From the IMG/VR virus record IMGVR_UViG_3300029286_000029: 64,000 bases of DNA, one strand, 5' to 3'. Below, in pieces: positions 35,162 to 43,872 of the stretch (positions are counted from its first letter, which is position 1; every line of letters starts with the position of its first letter). Origin of the DNA: a virus. The translations under genes and the position numbers were made by a program. The notes beneath the pieces were generated by a model that searched no databases, was not told the origin of the DNA, and was given only the letters and a program-made list of their open reading frames with translations.

Positions 35162-35494
35162 TTATTTTCCTTTAACAATAAGATTAATTCCCCCCATATC
35201 GAAGAAGGGCTCATCATCGATCGCAATATCTACCCGACCATGCAACGTCTCATCATATTCCGCTTTGCCGATACACTCATCGACCCACTTCTCCAGGCCA
35301 AACTTAGACACGATCTGAGCCGCGTATTCCTTGCCGCCGCCAGACCAGGCAATAATCTTAACATTCCGGATATGCTCATGAAGCAATTCTAGCAATTGGA
35401 CAGTCCGCAAATTCAAAACCGGCTCAGCTTTATGCATAAAAGGCGAACCATATATCGTTCCATCTATGTCGACACAAATAGTTACTTCTTTCAT
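35162..35494 (-). CDS. HAD-superfamily phosphatase-like protein, 110 aa.
   Basis: Motif I reads VDIDGTIY (DxDGT). A later segment reads WSGGGKE, and the C-terminal acidic motif is IDDEPF. Confidence 0.55.
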   Translation of the reverse strand: MKEVTICVDIDGTIYGSPFMHKAEPVLNLRTVQLLELLHEHIRNVKIIAWSGGGKEYAAQIVSKFGLEKWVDECIGKAEYDETLHGRVDIAIDDEPFFDMGGINLIVKGK

Positions 35495-35498
35495 AATT

Positions 35499-35708
35499 TT
35501 ATTTATTTTTTAATCCCATCATTTCTCTCTGCATCTTGTTAGACTTTTCCGCGCATTCCTTGATGACGTCTTTGTCGGAAAGTAAGTCGATTAAAGTTCT
35601 TTTGTAATAACTACAATGTTTATTACAAGCCGAACAGATAGGACAATCCACATCCTGCGGAAAGATAACAGGTGCTTGGCAACAAGCGCTTAGAGGTTTA
35701 TAGAACAT
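35499..35708 (-). CDS. Cys-rich small protein, 69 aa.
   Basis: CCQAP..CPICSACNKHC. Confidence 0.4.
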   Translation of the reverse strand: MFYKPLSACCQAPVIFPQDVDCPICSACNKHCSYYKRTLIDLLSDKDVIKECAEKSNKMQREMMGLKNK

Positions 35709-35709
35709 A

Positions 35710-36105
35710 CTATTTTAGTAATTTTAATAATTCCGGATTCTCATATTTGTTACCGAGGACTTCACCATACTCATAGGCAGTAAAATATGACCAAAATCCT
35801 TGCTCATTAAACTCAACAGTTTTAACCTCTTCAGGATTTAAAGAATCCAAAGGAAGTTTAATTATATCTCCTTCGTATATTTCTTTTTTATTTTTATCCT
35901 TACATCCTGTGTATTGCATTAATTCTAAATCTTCTTTATTTATTTGATGCAATCCTTGTTCAGGATCTCCTTCATTATCAGGAGTTATCACCCAGCAATC
36001 AACCCATTCAATACCACTTTTATTTAACTCTAAACGCATCATTTGATCTGATGGTATCATCATATCTTGTCTTTTATCATATGCTCGAAACTTTATTTCT
36101 CTCAT
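35710..36105 (-). CDS. Hypothetical protein, 131 aa.
   Basis: ORF track. Confidence 0.5.
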   Translation of the reverse strand: MREIKFRAYDKRQDMMIPSDQMMRLELNKSGIEWVDCWVITPDNEGDPEQGLHQINKEDLELMQYTGCKDKNKKEIYEGDIIKLPLDSLNPEEVKTVEFNEQGFWSYFTAYEYGEVLGNKYENPELLKLLK

Positions 36106-36260
36106 AATTTAATCTTGCGACCAATCTGGATAGGAATTTGAATTCTCCTCTCCAAATCTGTCAATCATTTTGTTAACTTCGACCTCATTACAGTTTGGGC
36201 AACCAATTTACTCAAGTGTGCATCCACAATTTTCACAATATCCATATTTGCCATGTCGTT

Positions 36261-36563
36261 TTAAACAAAATTTTTATCTTTTAATATTCTTTTTAATTGA
36301 CTTGGGTCTAAATTTGATTGAATAATCTTTTCATATCTTTTAAAAGCAATCAGTAACATTTTCTTTAACCATTCCATATCCTTTCTTGTTCCTTTATGAT
36401 CTAAAGTAAACCCCTGATGTTCAATCCAAAAAGTTACTTTATACTTTTTAGGTTGTGTTTTTCCAATAAGTATTTTGATTCCTTTCATTTTATCTTTGAT
36501 TACACTTCGGACAAATTTTCTTAAACCTTTCTTTCGACCTGAAAGGTTTGTGACACACATCAC
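36261..36563 (-). CDS. Basic hypothetical protein, 100 aa.
   Basis: ORF track. Confidence 0.45.
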   Translation of the reverse strand: MMCVTNLSGRKKGLRKFVRSVIKDKMKGIKILIGKTQPKKYKVTFWIEHQGFTLDHKGTRKDMEWLKKMLLIAFKRYEKIIQSNLDPSQLKRILKDKNFV

Positions 36564-36595
36564 ACCAACAACGATTCTTTTTATTTGCGGACATA

Positions 36596-36922
36596 TTATC
36601 TCTTACGATAATAATAAGCGATTAAATTCTTCAATTTAATTTCCTTTTCAGATTTCTTGACTATCTCTTCAGCTTTATCTTTCAATTCTTTTATTTTCTT
36701 TTCTGATTCCAGTCGACGTTCATCTCTATCCCATGGAGTCATATCTAAGGGTTGAGGACGTATTTGACTTTGATACTGAGGATAACGCATCATCTCTTCC
36801 TGCATTCTTATTCTTTCTATCATCATTTCTTCCTCAACTATATTATGAGTAGAATAGACAGATGTCCATCCATCTCTCTCATAATCACGTCGTCTTCTCC
36901 ACTCAGGAACAAAAGCTGCCAT
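36596..36922 (-). CDS. Hypothetical protein, 108 aa.
   Basis: ORF track. Confidence 0.45.
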   Translation of the reverse strand: MAAFVPEWRRRRDYERDGWTSVYSTHNIVEEEMMIERIRMQEEMMRYPQYQSQIRPQPLDMTPWDRDERRLESEKKIKELKDKAEEIVKKSEKEIKLKNLIAYYYRKR

Positions 36923-36926
36923 AGTT

Positions 36927-37379
36927 TTATTTAATTAACTGAATAGAATTTTTACTCACCACACCATCTACCAATTTATTCAGAATGTCTTTCATATCCT
37001 TAACGTCGAATCCAAGATTCTCGAAGGCCTTAGTCAAGATTTCAACCTCTTTGGTCTTATTATTAAGATCCATCTTCATATTATCCCTTTCAACTGTAAC
37101 TTCTTTAACCGCCGCAGAAATTTTATTATCTACTTCGAAATCTTTACGAGCCAAAATAATCTTATTATCCTTTTCTTTATCATCCTCCTCTTTGATCATA
37201 TCGGCAATCTTTTTATCATACTTTTTCTTTAAAGCGGCGATTTCTTCGTCATAAATCTTTTTCTTCTCTTCAATTATTTTCTGTAACTCCTTAACTTCAG
37301 AATTATCTTCAATATCCTCAATATCCTTAGCTTTATTGACTAACTCTTCATAAGTTTTACTAGATATAATTTTTAACAT
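36927..37379 (-). CDS. Coiled-coil protein, 150 aa.
   Basis: ORF track. Charged heptad repeats. Confidence 0.5.
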   Translation of the reverse strand: MLKIISSKTYEELVNKAKDIEDIEDNSEVKELQKIIEEKKKIYDEEIAALKKKYDKKIADMIKEEDDKEKDNKIILARKDFEVDNKISAAVKEVTVERDNMKMDLNNKTKEVEILTKAFENLGFDVKDMKDILNKLVDGVVSKNSIQLIK

Positions 37380-37399
37380 ATCATTTAATAATTTAGTTT

Positions 37400-37831
37400 T
37401 TAATAACCACTCTCACACTGATCCCTCGGACTCGTATCTGGTGCATTTTGACAAGAATCCAAACACCTTGTTCTACTTTCCCCAAGTGGGGCGTTAAAAC
37501 AATTATCTCTACACGTTTGTTGTTCAGTTCTACTCGGTAAATTTGAACAATCACGTGTCCGCGACTGCTGATCCGCCGGTTGCACGGCCGACGGATCAAA
37601 CTGCTGCTTGTACCAATCAGGTACTTCCACATATTGGAGACATCCAGCTGGCAACTCAGAAATTGTATTATGACTAATTTTCGTCTTACACATTTCTTCT
37701 AAAGTACCGATTTTCCCATTTTCTTCGGCTTTTTTTCTTGCTGATGATAGAGAAGATAGAACAATAGTTGACAGAATACCAATAATCGCGATTATAACCA
37801 GGAGTTCAATTAAGGTAAATCCTTTTTTCAT
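37400..37831 (-). CDS. Type IV pilin/pseudopilin-like protein of 143 aa with a prepilin N-terminus and a Cys-rich C-terminal domain.
   Basis: MKKGFTLIELLVIIAIIGILSTIVL is the class III signal G|FTLIE followed by a hydrophobic helix (N_methyl motif). Confidence 0.6.
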   Translation of the reverse strand: MKKGFTLIELLVIIAIIGILSTIVLSSLSSARKKAEENGKIGTLEEMCKTKISHNTISELPAGCLQYVEVPDWYKQQFDPSAVQPADQQSRTRDCSNLPSRTEQQTCRDNCFNAPLGESRTRCLDSCQNAPDTSPRDQCESGY

Positions 37832-37832
37832 G

Positions 37833-38687
37833 TTATTTTAGATTCAAAAAAGGAACAGCACCTCCGGGCACCATTTGCGTAGGCAAGTGGCCATCCCAGG
37901 ATTTCACGGCTTGCAACTGAACATAATCAGCTCCACCTTGTGAATTAATCGCGGCGGCCGAAATACGGATAGCTTCAGCATCAGCCTTCGCCTTCTCAAT
38001 CGTCTGTTGAGCTTCAAACTTTACCTGTTCAAGTTTATTCTTAGCAGCCTCAGAATTTTGTACAGCCGTAACCTTGGCCTCAATCGCCGCGGAAAACGCC
38101 TTAGAAAACTCAAAGTTCGTAACAGAGAAACGTTCCATTACCGCATTCTTTTCAGTGAACTGAGTAGCGAGTAATACATTAACCTTATCAGAAAATTCCG
38201 CCCGCTTTGTTACCAATTCCTCAGCTGTATATTGAGCCGAAACCGATTTTACAATTTCCCGAATCATCGGTTCAATCACGTTGGACTGGTAATTTTCAAC
38301 TGAACTGTATTGAGAATAAATATCCTGAACTTTTTCAGCTTTGACGTGATAGTTAACCACTACGCCAATCGTCACATCCTGCAAGTCTTTAGACGCACCA
38401 AACAGATTGGTATCGGTTTGTTTCTCGTCGCCATTATCGCCACCTTTATCATAATTAATCGTCTGAGTCTTGATCGACATCGCATGGACCGCTTCAATAA
38501 ACGGCAACTTAAAATACAAACCTTGCTGGATAGTTCCCACGACTGCGCCGAAACGAGTCTTGACGCCAATTTCACCAGCCTTAATGGTTCCGATTGAACC
38601 CCACAAGAGAGAAATTACGATAATAATTCCAACCACCCACGCAACCATCGTTCCGATACCTTTAATATTTTTTATATCTTCGTCCAT
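37833..38687 (-). CDS. SPFH/band-7 (prohibitin/HflK/C-like) membrane protein, 284 aa.
   Basis: An N-terminal TM helix is followed by a band-7 core and the characteristic C-terminal helix RFSVTNFEFSKAFSAAIEAKVTAVQNSEAAKNKLEQVKFEAQQ. Confidence 0.8.
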   Translation of the reverse strand: MDEDIKNIKGIGTMVAWVVGIIIVISLLWGSIGTIKAGEIGVKTRFGAVVGTIQQGLYFKLPFIEAVHAMSIKTQTINYDKGGDNGDEKQTDTNLFGASKDLQDVTIGVVVNYHVKAEKVQDIYSQYSSVENYQSNVIEPMIREIVKSVSAQYTAEELVTKRAEFSDKVNVLLATQFTEKNAVMERFSVTNFEFSKAFSAAIEAKVTAVQNSEAAKNKLEQVKFEAQQTIEKAKADAEAIRISAAAINSQGGADYVQLQAVKSWDGHLPTQMVPGGAVPFLNLK

Positions 38688-38713
38688 ATAATTTTATTTT
38701 TAATTAATTATTA

Positions 38714-39115
38714 TTATTTCGATTCATCTTCCTTTTCCTTCAAGAGATCATCAACCACTTCTTTCTTGAAGTCTGGACCGTGCTTCTTTAACAACCAGGA
38801 TAGGAAAATCTTCTGACCGTCTTCGGTCAAGAAATCATCACCATTGGTAATTTCCAACTTGCGGAAAGACTTTTCAGGCTCACTCTTAAAGGCTAACGTA
38901 AACTTTTCTTTGATATTCATAGTTTTTTTATTATTTATTAATGTCAACCAACTTTCTAGATAACTAGAATGACTATTTTCACCATCAATTCGTATCATCC
39001 AACCTCTATCGCTGGGACAATCAGATGTAAAATCTCCAATATATCTTTCAGCTATTACACCCTCAATGCCCATATTACTTCCCCGATTTAACATCACTCG
39101 ATCACCTATTTGCAT
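38714..39115 (-). CDS. Hypothetical protein, 133 aa.
   Basis: ORF track. Confidence 0.5.
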   Translation of the reverse strand: MQIGDRVMLNRGSNMGIEGVIAERYIGDFTSDCPSDRGWMIRIDGENSHSSYLESWLTLINNKKTMNIKEKFTLAFKSEPEKSFRKLEITNGDDFLTEDGQKIFLSWLLKKHGPDFKKEVVDDLLKEKEDESK

Positions 39116-39144
39116 AATTTTATTTCATTATTTTTAATTCGACC

Positions 39145-40107
39145 TTATTCCCCTGACTTAAGTTTCTTCATTTCTTCTTTCTTGCCAGATAGATACCAAC
39201 CCATATAAGCTCCGAGCGCTCGCAGATCTTTGACGACCATCGGGCGATGAAAGTCATCAAAACTATCTAATGGATGTTCATCAAGCAATTCCATCAATTC
39301 AACAGCTTTTTCTGAAATGAATTTCATCGCATCAGCTGGTTCCTTCACGCGAGACATTTCGTCAGGAATAATCTTATTGATCTTATGAAGAGCTTCAACT
39401 GAAGTTAAACCTTCATAATTTTCTTTTAGTAATTCTTTTACTAGATGATCTTCTTCGTATTTTTCAGCTCTCTTTAATGCACTAGCAATATTTCTGACTG
39501 TATCGCGAGTGACATCTTTTTGAGAGGCCACCAAATGCCTTAAATCTGCTTGATATTTTTTAGGAGAATTATTTACAATCTCAACCTTTGACATCTGAAA
39601 TCCTTGGGTCTGAAGAGCTTTTTTCATTTCACCAGTCTCACCTAGAAGATCCAAGAAACGTGAAATAGTGCTTTCTGGTGTACCGAGAAGTTTATGAAGT
39701 TCAAGAATACCTTTTCGATAACGATCAGCTTGATGTTTCTTATCACGATCCAGTTCCACCGTGGAACTGGATACCCAGGTTCGGATCTTCTCTAACGAAG
39801 TGGCTGTATCCAATGGAGACATTGTATTCTGATGAATATTTTCTTGTACCTGACGAATAAAACGTTCCTTAGGTGAAATTTTTTCTATTATCTTAACCGG
39901 AATCTCTTTTAAGCCCGCCATCTTTGATGCCCGCCAGCGACGTTCACCGGTTATAATTACCATATCCTTATCAACTTCGATCGCGTTAATCACTCCTTCA
40001 TTACTAATTGAAACAGTCATTTCTTTTAACGCTTCCTCGTCAAAGTTTTTTCTCGGCTGATTAGGATCTGGACGAATTTTATCAATTGGTATTGTTTGAT
40101 ATTTCAT
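39145..40107 (-). CDS. ParB/Spo0J-like protein with an N-terminal ParB nuclease domain, 320 aa.
   Basis: IPIDKIRPDPNQPRKNFDEEALKEM ... ITGERRWRASKMAGLKEIPVKI carries the ParB box motifs. The phage gene is not assigned as parB. Confidence 0.8.
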   Translation of the reverse strand: MKYQTIPIDKIRPDPNQPRKNFDEEALKEMTVSISNEGVINAIEVDKDMVIITGERRWRASKMAGLKEIPVKIIEKISPKERFIRQVQENIHQNTMSPLDTATSLEKIRTWVSSSTVELDRDKKHQADRYRKGILELHKLLGTPESTISRFLDLLGETGEMKKALQTQGFQMSKVEIVNNSPKKYQADLRHLVASQKDVTRDTVRNIASALKRAEKYEEDHLVKELLKENYEGLTSVEALHKINKIIPDEMSRVKEPADAMKFISEKAVELMELLDEHPLDSFDDFHRPMVVKDLRALGAYMGWYLSGKKEEMKKLKSGE

Positions 40108-40112
40108 TTTTA

Positions 40113-40511
40113 TTATTCTTTATTGATATTGGTCGCTTCGTTAAGCATTTTTAATAATTCTTTTGGCTTAACAGCTAGAGAAGCAAACTGTTCACCAATT
40201 TCCGTTTCCTGCATCACCAATCTTCTTGAAGTCGACAAATGCAACCGGCGACGCCAATTCAGATATTTTGAACATTCTGTCAGGCTTCCAGCTATCCTAA
40301 GAGGGGTTCCTGGACCTCTTACAGGAAAAACTCGGAATCCGTCTTTTCGAAGAGAAACCAAAGCATTGTCAATTTGCTTTTGAGTTTTATGAAGAATATC
40401 TGTTAACATCATTCTCGTAACATCATTTCTCGATTCTAGAAGAATCACAATTTTACTTTTAAGTGACTGAAATTTTACACCTTTTTCTTTTATTATTTTA
40501 TTCTTTTTCAT
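40113..40511 (-). CDS. Hypothetical protein, possibly a winged helix, 132 aa.
   Basis: ORF track. Confidence 0.45.
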   Translation of the reverse strand: MKKNKIIKEKGVKFQSLKSKIVILLESRNDVTRMMLTDILHKTQKQIDNALVSLRKDGFRVFPVRGPGTPLRIAGSLTECSKYLNWRRRLHLSTSRRLVMQETEIGEQFASLAVKPKELLKMLNEATNINKE

Positions 40512-40580
40512 TTTATAATTTATCTCATAATTGATTTAATAATTTCGTACCAAACAACACACTATCGACCTCTTACCTAC

Positions 40581-40608
40581 AGTATACACCCGCCTTTTTA
40601 CTTGTCAA
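40581..40608 (-). promoter_or_regulatory. Promoter TTGACA-N16-TATACT (minus strand) within GCTTGACAAGTAAAAAGG. A second half-palindrome GACAAGT is adjacent.
   Basis: -35 at 40603-40608 and -10 at 40581-40586, both reverse complement. It lies upstream of gene 40113..40511. Confidence 0.55.
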
Positions 40609-40626
40609 GCGACAAGTTGTTTAATT

Positions 40627-41817
40627 TCATTTTTTTCCATCTTTAATCCACTGTAAAGCTTTCATGTTGGCTTCAATATAACCTTCCGTGGAGTACCCGG
40701 CATCCATCCACTCTCCTTCTATTTTTCTATAAGAAAGATTTTTAGATTTAGCAAGAAAATCATTTAAATCACTTATTTCTAACTCACCTCTCTTAGATGG
40801 TTTGAAATTTTTTAAAATTTCAAATACTTTAGGTTGATAAGCATACAAACCTGTTACTGCTAAATTAGTTTTAGGTTTTTCTGGTTTTTCTGTCACTTCA
40901 ATAACTCGATCTCCTTTAATTTCCGCGATACCATAATCTTTTGGATTTTTTACTTCTTTTAAAAAAACACATCCAGCTGACCAAAAAGTTATCGGACGAT
41001 CAAATTCATTCATTTGGAAAATATTATCTCCCAAAACTACATACATTGTTCTATTCTTTACAAAATTTTCAGCCAATGATAAAGCTTCAGCAATTCCACC
41101 CGCACTATTTTGAATTTTATAAGTAAAATTCATACCAAACTCACTCCCGTCCCCTAACATCTCTATAATTCTTCCAACTCTTCCTCTGTCTAAGACAATT
41201 AAGACATCAGTTATTCGCAATGATCTCAATATTCTTATGGGATAAAAAATCATTGGAACAGCGCCTACTGGGAGTTCGTGTTTATTATGAAATGAAGTTA
41301 TTGGCGCCAAACGAGTTCCTCTACCTCCAGCAAGGATAACTCCACAAATTTTATTTTTCTGTAATATGAGTAATCGACACTCTTCAGCTCTTTTATGGCA
41401 TTGATTACAAAGAGTAATCAAATTATCAATATTATTATTTTTACTTTTCTTAAAAGGGTCCATGTGATGGACTTCTAAATTATCGACTAAACCACAATGA
41501 CGGCATCTATTTCCGTCCCTTTCTAAGGCAAGTTTCTTGTTAATTGACCAACTATTGATATTATCATTAGAATAATCTAATTTTATCTTTTCTTTATTTC
41601 TTTTTTTCTTAGGAATTCTTAAAGCTAACTTATGTTTCTCACTTTTTGGTTTCCCCTTTGATGCCTTTGAAAGATTTTCTTTCCATTCATCATTTTCACT
41701 TCTCTTTACCATAGACCTTTTTAAACCGCATAATCTACAATAAACACTTTTTTGACTTTTAATATCTTTAACCTTACGAACCCGACCACAATCCTTACAA
41801 TTTGTATTTTTACCCAT
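40627..41817 (-). CDS. Fusion protein of 396 aa: N-terminal zinc ribbons plus an HNH nuclease domain, and a C-terminal sugar-phosphate nucleotidyltransferase (RmlA/GalU-like) domain.
   Basis: HNH segment NRCRHCGLVDNLEVHHMDPF..NLITLCNQCH. Nucleotidyltransferase segment ICGVILAGGRGTRLAPIT (G-G-x-G-T-R-L) ... VVLGDNIF. Confidence 0.75.
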   Translation of the reverse strand: MGKNTNCKDCGRVRKVKDIKSQKSVYCRLCGLKRSMVKRSENDEWKENLSKASKGKPKSEKHKLALRIPKKKRNKEKIKLDYSNDNINSWSINKKLALERDGNRCRHCGLVDNLEVHHMDPFKKSKNNNIDNLITLCNQCHKRAEECRLLILQKNKICGVILAGGRGTRLAPITSFHNKHELPVGAVPMIFYPIRILRSLRITDVLIVLDRGRVGRIIEMLGDGSEFGMNFTYKIQNSAGGIAEALSLAENFVKNRTMYVVLGDNIFQMNEFDRPITFWSAGCVFLKEVKNPKDYGIAEIKGDRVIEVTEKPEKPKTNLAVTGLYAYQPKVFEILKNFKPSKRGELEISDLNDFLAKSKNLSYRKIEGEWMDAGYSTEGYIEANMKALQWIKDGKK

Positions 41818-41846
41818 TTGCTTAATTTTTAACCACTAATACACCC

Positions 41847-41874
41847 AGTCTACACCCTACTTTTTACTTGTCAA
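41847..41874 (-). promoter_or_regulatory. Promoter TTGACA-N16-TAGACT (minus strand) within GCTTGACAAGTAAAAAGT.
   Basis: -35 at 41869-41874 and -10 at 41847-41852, both reverse complement. It lies upstream of gene 40627..41817. Confidence 0.5.
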
Positions 41875-41942
41875 GCGGTTAAATAATGACATTCTTGGTA
41901 CTCATGGTACAATAAGGATATTATTCGTTTAAATGAAATTAT

Positions 41943-42218
41943 ATGGAAGAAAATTTTTCGACTCGTGATCTTTATTTGGCAGCCACATTGGTTACTTTAA
42001 AATTCTATTTAAAGGGAATAGATTATCTTGTGGACGGCTCAAAAAATCAACCAATAGGGTATTTTAAATTTGCCGATACGCCGGAATTACAAAAAATTAA
42101 GTCTGATTACACTCAAGGATTAATTTTAGTGGAACCTAAATCTTTTGTCACAAATCTTAAAAGTCTTAAGTCTGAGATTGTTAATATGTACAACAATCCT
42201 CACTTAAATACGCCTTAA
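41943..42218 (+). CDS. Hypothetical protein, 91 aa.
   Basis: ORF track. Confidence 0.45.
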   Translation: MEENFSTRDLYLAATLVTLKFYLKGIDYLVDGSKNQPIGYFKFADTPELQKIKSDYTQGLILVEPKSFVTNLKSLKSEIVNMYNNPHLNTP

Positions 42219-42293
42219 AATAAGGGTTTTTAACACTAGATACTTGTCAAGATTACTAGAAATGTTCTAATTATATTTCTGTTAATTTTCTAT

Positions 42294-42321
42294 TTGACAA
42301 TGTTCAAAATGGGTTTATGAT
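42294..42321 (+). promoter_or_regulatory. Promoter-like TTGACA-N16-TATGAT. Its -10 overlaps the annotated ATG of the next gene, so the gene start or the promoter call is uncertain.
   Basis: TTGACA at 42294-42299 and TATGAT at 42316-42321. An ACTTGTCAAG palindrome is also present at 42243-42252. Confidence 0.35.
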
Positions 42322-43303
42322 AGGGGGATGGATAAATCGCAAAATTATCAACTATTGTTGCCAACAGGGAGTTATCCATACAGGCTTTTGCGAGCCCTTC
42401 CAGTGGATAACTCCCTTTTGGTTGCATAAAATTATTAAACTAAACATGAATGAAAAAATCAAAATTAGGGATATTCGTAACCAGAATTGGTTCTGGTTAG
42501 GTAATGATTTCATTGATAAATATTCAAGAATTTTAGGCGCGTCCTGCTCTATGGTCTATGTCGCTTTATGCCGACATAGTGACAATAAGACACAACAAGC
42601 TTTCCCGGGTATGAGACTGATTTCAGAGGAATTAAAAATGGGTACAAAAACAGTGGAAAGAGCGACAAAAAAATTAAAAAAATTTGGTCTGATTGAGATT
42701 GACAAGAAAAAAAACAAAAAAGGAATTTATTCAAATAATACCTATACTTTACTACCCATTGAACCATCAGACATTTTGAACCATCAGACATTTCAACCAT
42801 CAGACAAAATAGACCCATGTCCATCAGACATTCCAGACCCACGGCTAAGCTTAAGCCATCAGACACCACAACCACATAACAATACTCAAACTAAGAATAC
42901 TAAGATTAAGAAGACTATTATACCCAAAAAATCCAAAAAAGAGGATAAATTAGAAGAAACCGAAGAACCGTTTAAGAAAGAGATCAACTATTGGTTTCCT
43001 CTCTTTAGCCGCCTGAATAAGAACTGGAAGTCCCTTTATGGAATTCCCACACAACGACAAGCTTTAGCAAATATTCTGCAATTCGCCAAGGATGATGGTA
43101 TAGGGATGACCCAGTTGATCGATATGGCTCAGGAGCTTCATGGAGTCGAATATGCGCCTCAGATATTCACCCCTATGGAAATGGCGAATAAGTATTCTAA
43201 GTTAATGGCTTTTAGGAATAAGAAAATTAATAACCCTACACTCCCTATTGGAACTACTTACACACCGGGGAAGTTTAAGGACCATAAGGAACATATCTTT
43301 TAA
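42317..43303 (+). CDS. Putative replication initiator/replisome organiser of 328 aa with a wHTH-like region. It contains internal iterons.
   Basis: MRLISEELKMGTKTVERATKKLKKFGLIEIDKK is HTH-like. It is followed by DnaC-like and primase-helicase genes. There are five CCATCAGACA repeats inside the ORF. Confidence 0.4.
   Translation: MIGGWINRKIINYCCQQGVIHTGFCEPFQWITPFWLHKIIKLNMNEKIKIRDIRNQNWFWLGNDFIDKYSRILGASCSMVYVALCRHSDNKTQQAFPGMRLISEELKMGTKTVERATKKLKKFGLIEIDKKKNKKGIYSNNTYTLLPIEPSDILNHQTFQPSDKIDPCPSDIPDPRLSLSHQTPQPHNNTQTKNTKIKKTIIPKKSKKEDKLEETEEPFKKEINYWFPLFSRLNKNWKSLYGIPTQRQALANILQFAKDDGIGMTQLIDMAQELHGVEYAPQIFTPMEMANKYSKLMAFRNKKINNPTLPIGTTYTPGKFKDHKEHIF
42764..42865 (+). repeat. Iteron-like direct repeats, 5 x CCATCAGACA, spaced 15-35 nt. 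Candidate replication origin.
   Basis: Copies are at 42764, 42781, 42796, 42821 and 42856, within the initiator-like gene (compare lambda O and ori). Confidence 0.45.
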
Positions 43304-43321
43304 AAATAATAATATAAAAAT

Positions 43322-43867
43322 ATGAAATTAGATTACCAAAAAATAATTCCGTTACGCTATCACAATGTCTCTTTTGAAGCAGACATAGAGGAGAGGATAA
43401 AAAAAGTTGTCATAGAGTCAATCCAAAAAAAGAGCAGTCTTTACATTTATGGCACAGTTGGATCCGGAAAAACCCATCTTGCCTGTGCTTTAGTTAAAAA
43501 TCTTCTAGATTCTAGCATAGAAGTCCGTTTTTATAATACAGGTGATTTTGTAGAAAAACTCAGAGAAGAATTCGAGATTGGTTTTGAACGAGAAGATAAT
43601 TATCCAGGATTATTTCGAGAAATAATGGATTTTAAAGGTATTTTAGTTCTTGATGATATTGGCGCCGAAAAGATTTCTGATTGGGTTAGAGAAAGGCTTT
43701 ACTTGATAATTAACAAGAAATACGAGGATATTATTCCGATTATCTTTACTTCTAATTGTGATATGGAAATTATGTCAGCTAGATTAGGAGATCGAGTTTC
43801 TTCACGAATTGGGCAAATGGCCGAAACAATTCGTTTAACGAGTAAGGATAGAAGGTTAATAAATTAA
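43322..43867 (+). CDS. DnaC/IstB-like AAA+ helicase-loader ATPase, 181 aa.
   Basis: Walker A reads YGTVGSGKTHLACAL. Walker B reads ILVLDDIGAEK. Confidence 0.7.
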   Translation: MKLDYQKIIPLRYHNVSFEADIEERIKKVVIESIQKKSSLYIYGTVGSGKTHLACALVKNLLDSSIEVRFYNTGDFVEKLREEFEIGFEREDNYPGLFREIMDFKGILVLDDIGAEKISDWVRERLYLIINKKYEDIIPIIFTSNCDMEIMSARLGDRVSSRIGQMAETIRLTSKDRRLIN

Positions 43868-43872
43868 ATGTT

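Noticed and set aside
38310-38691. Track ORFs 38310..38597(+), 38372..38575(-) and 38470..38691(+) inside the SPFH gene
   Set aside because: They are embedded in or antisense to the clearly identifiable band-7 protein gene.
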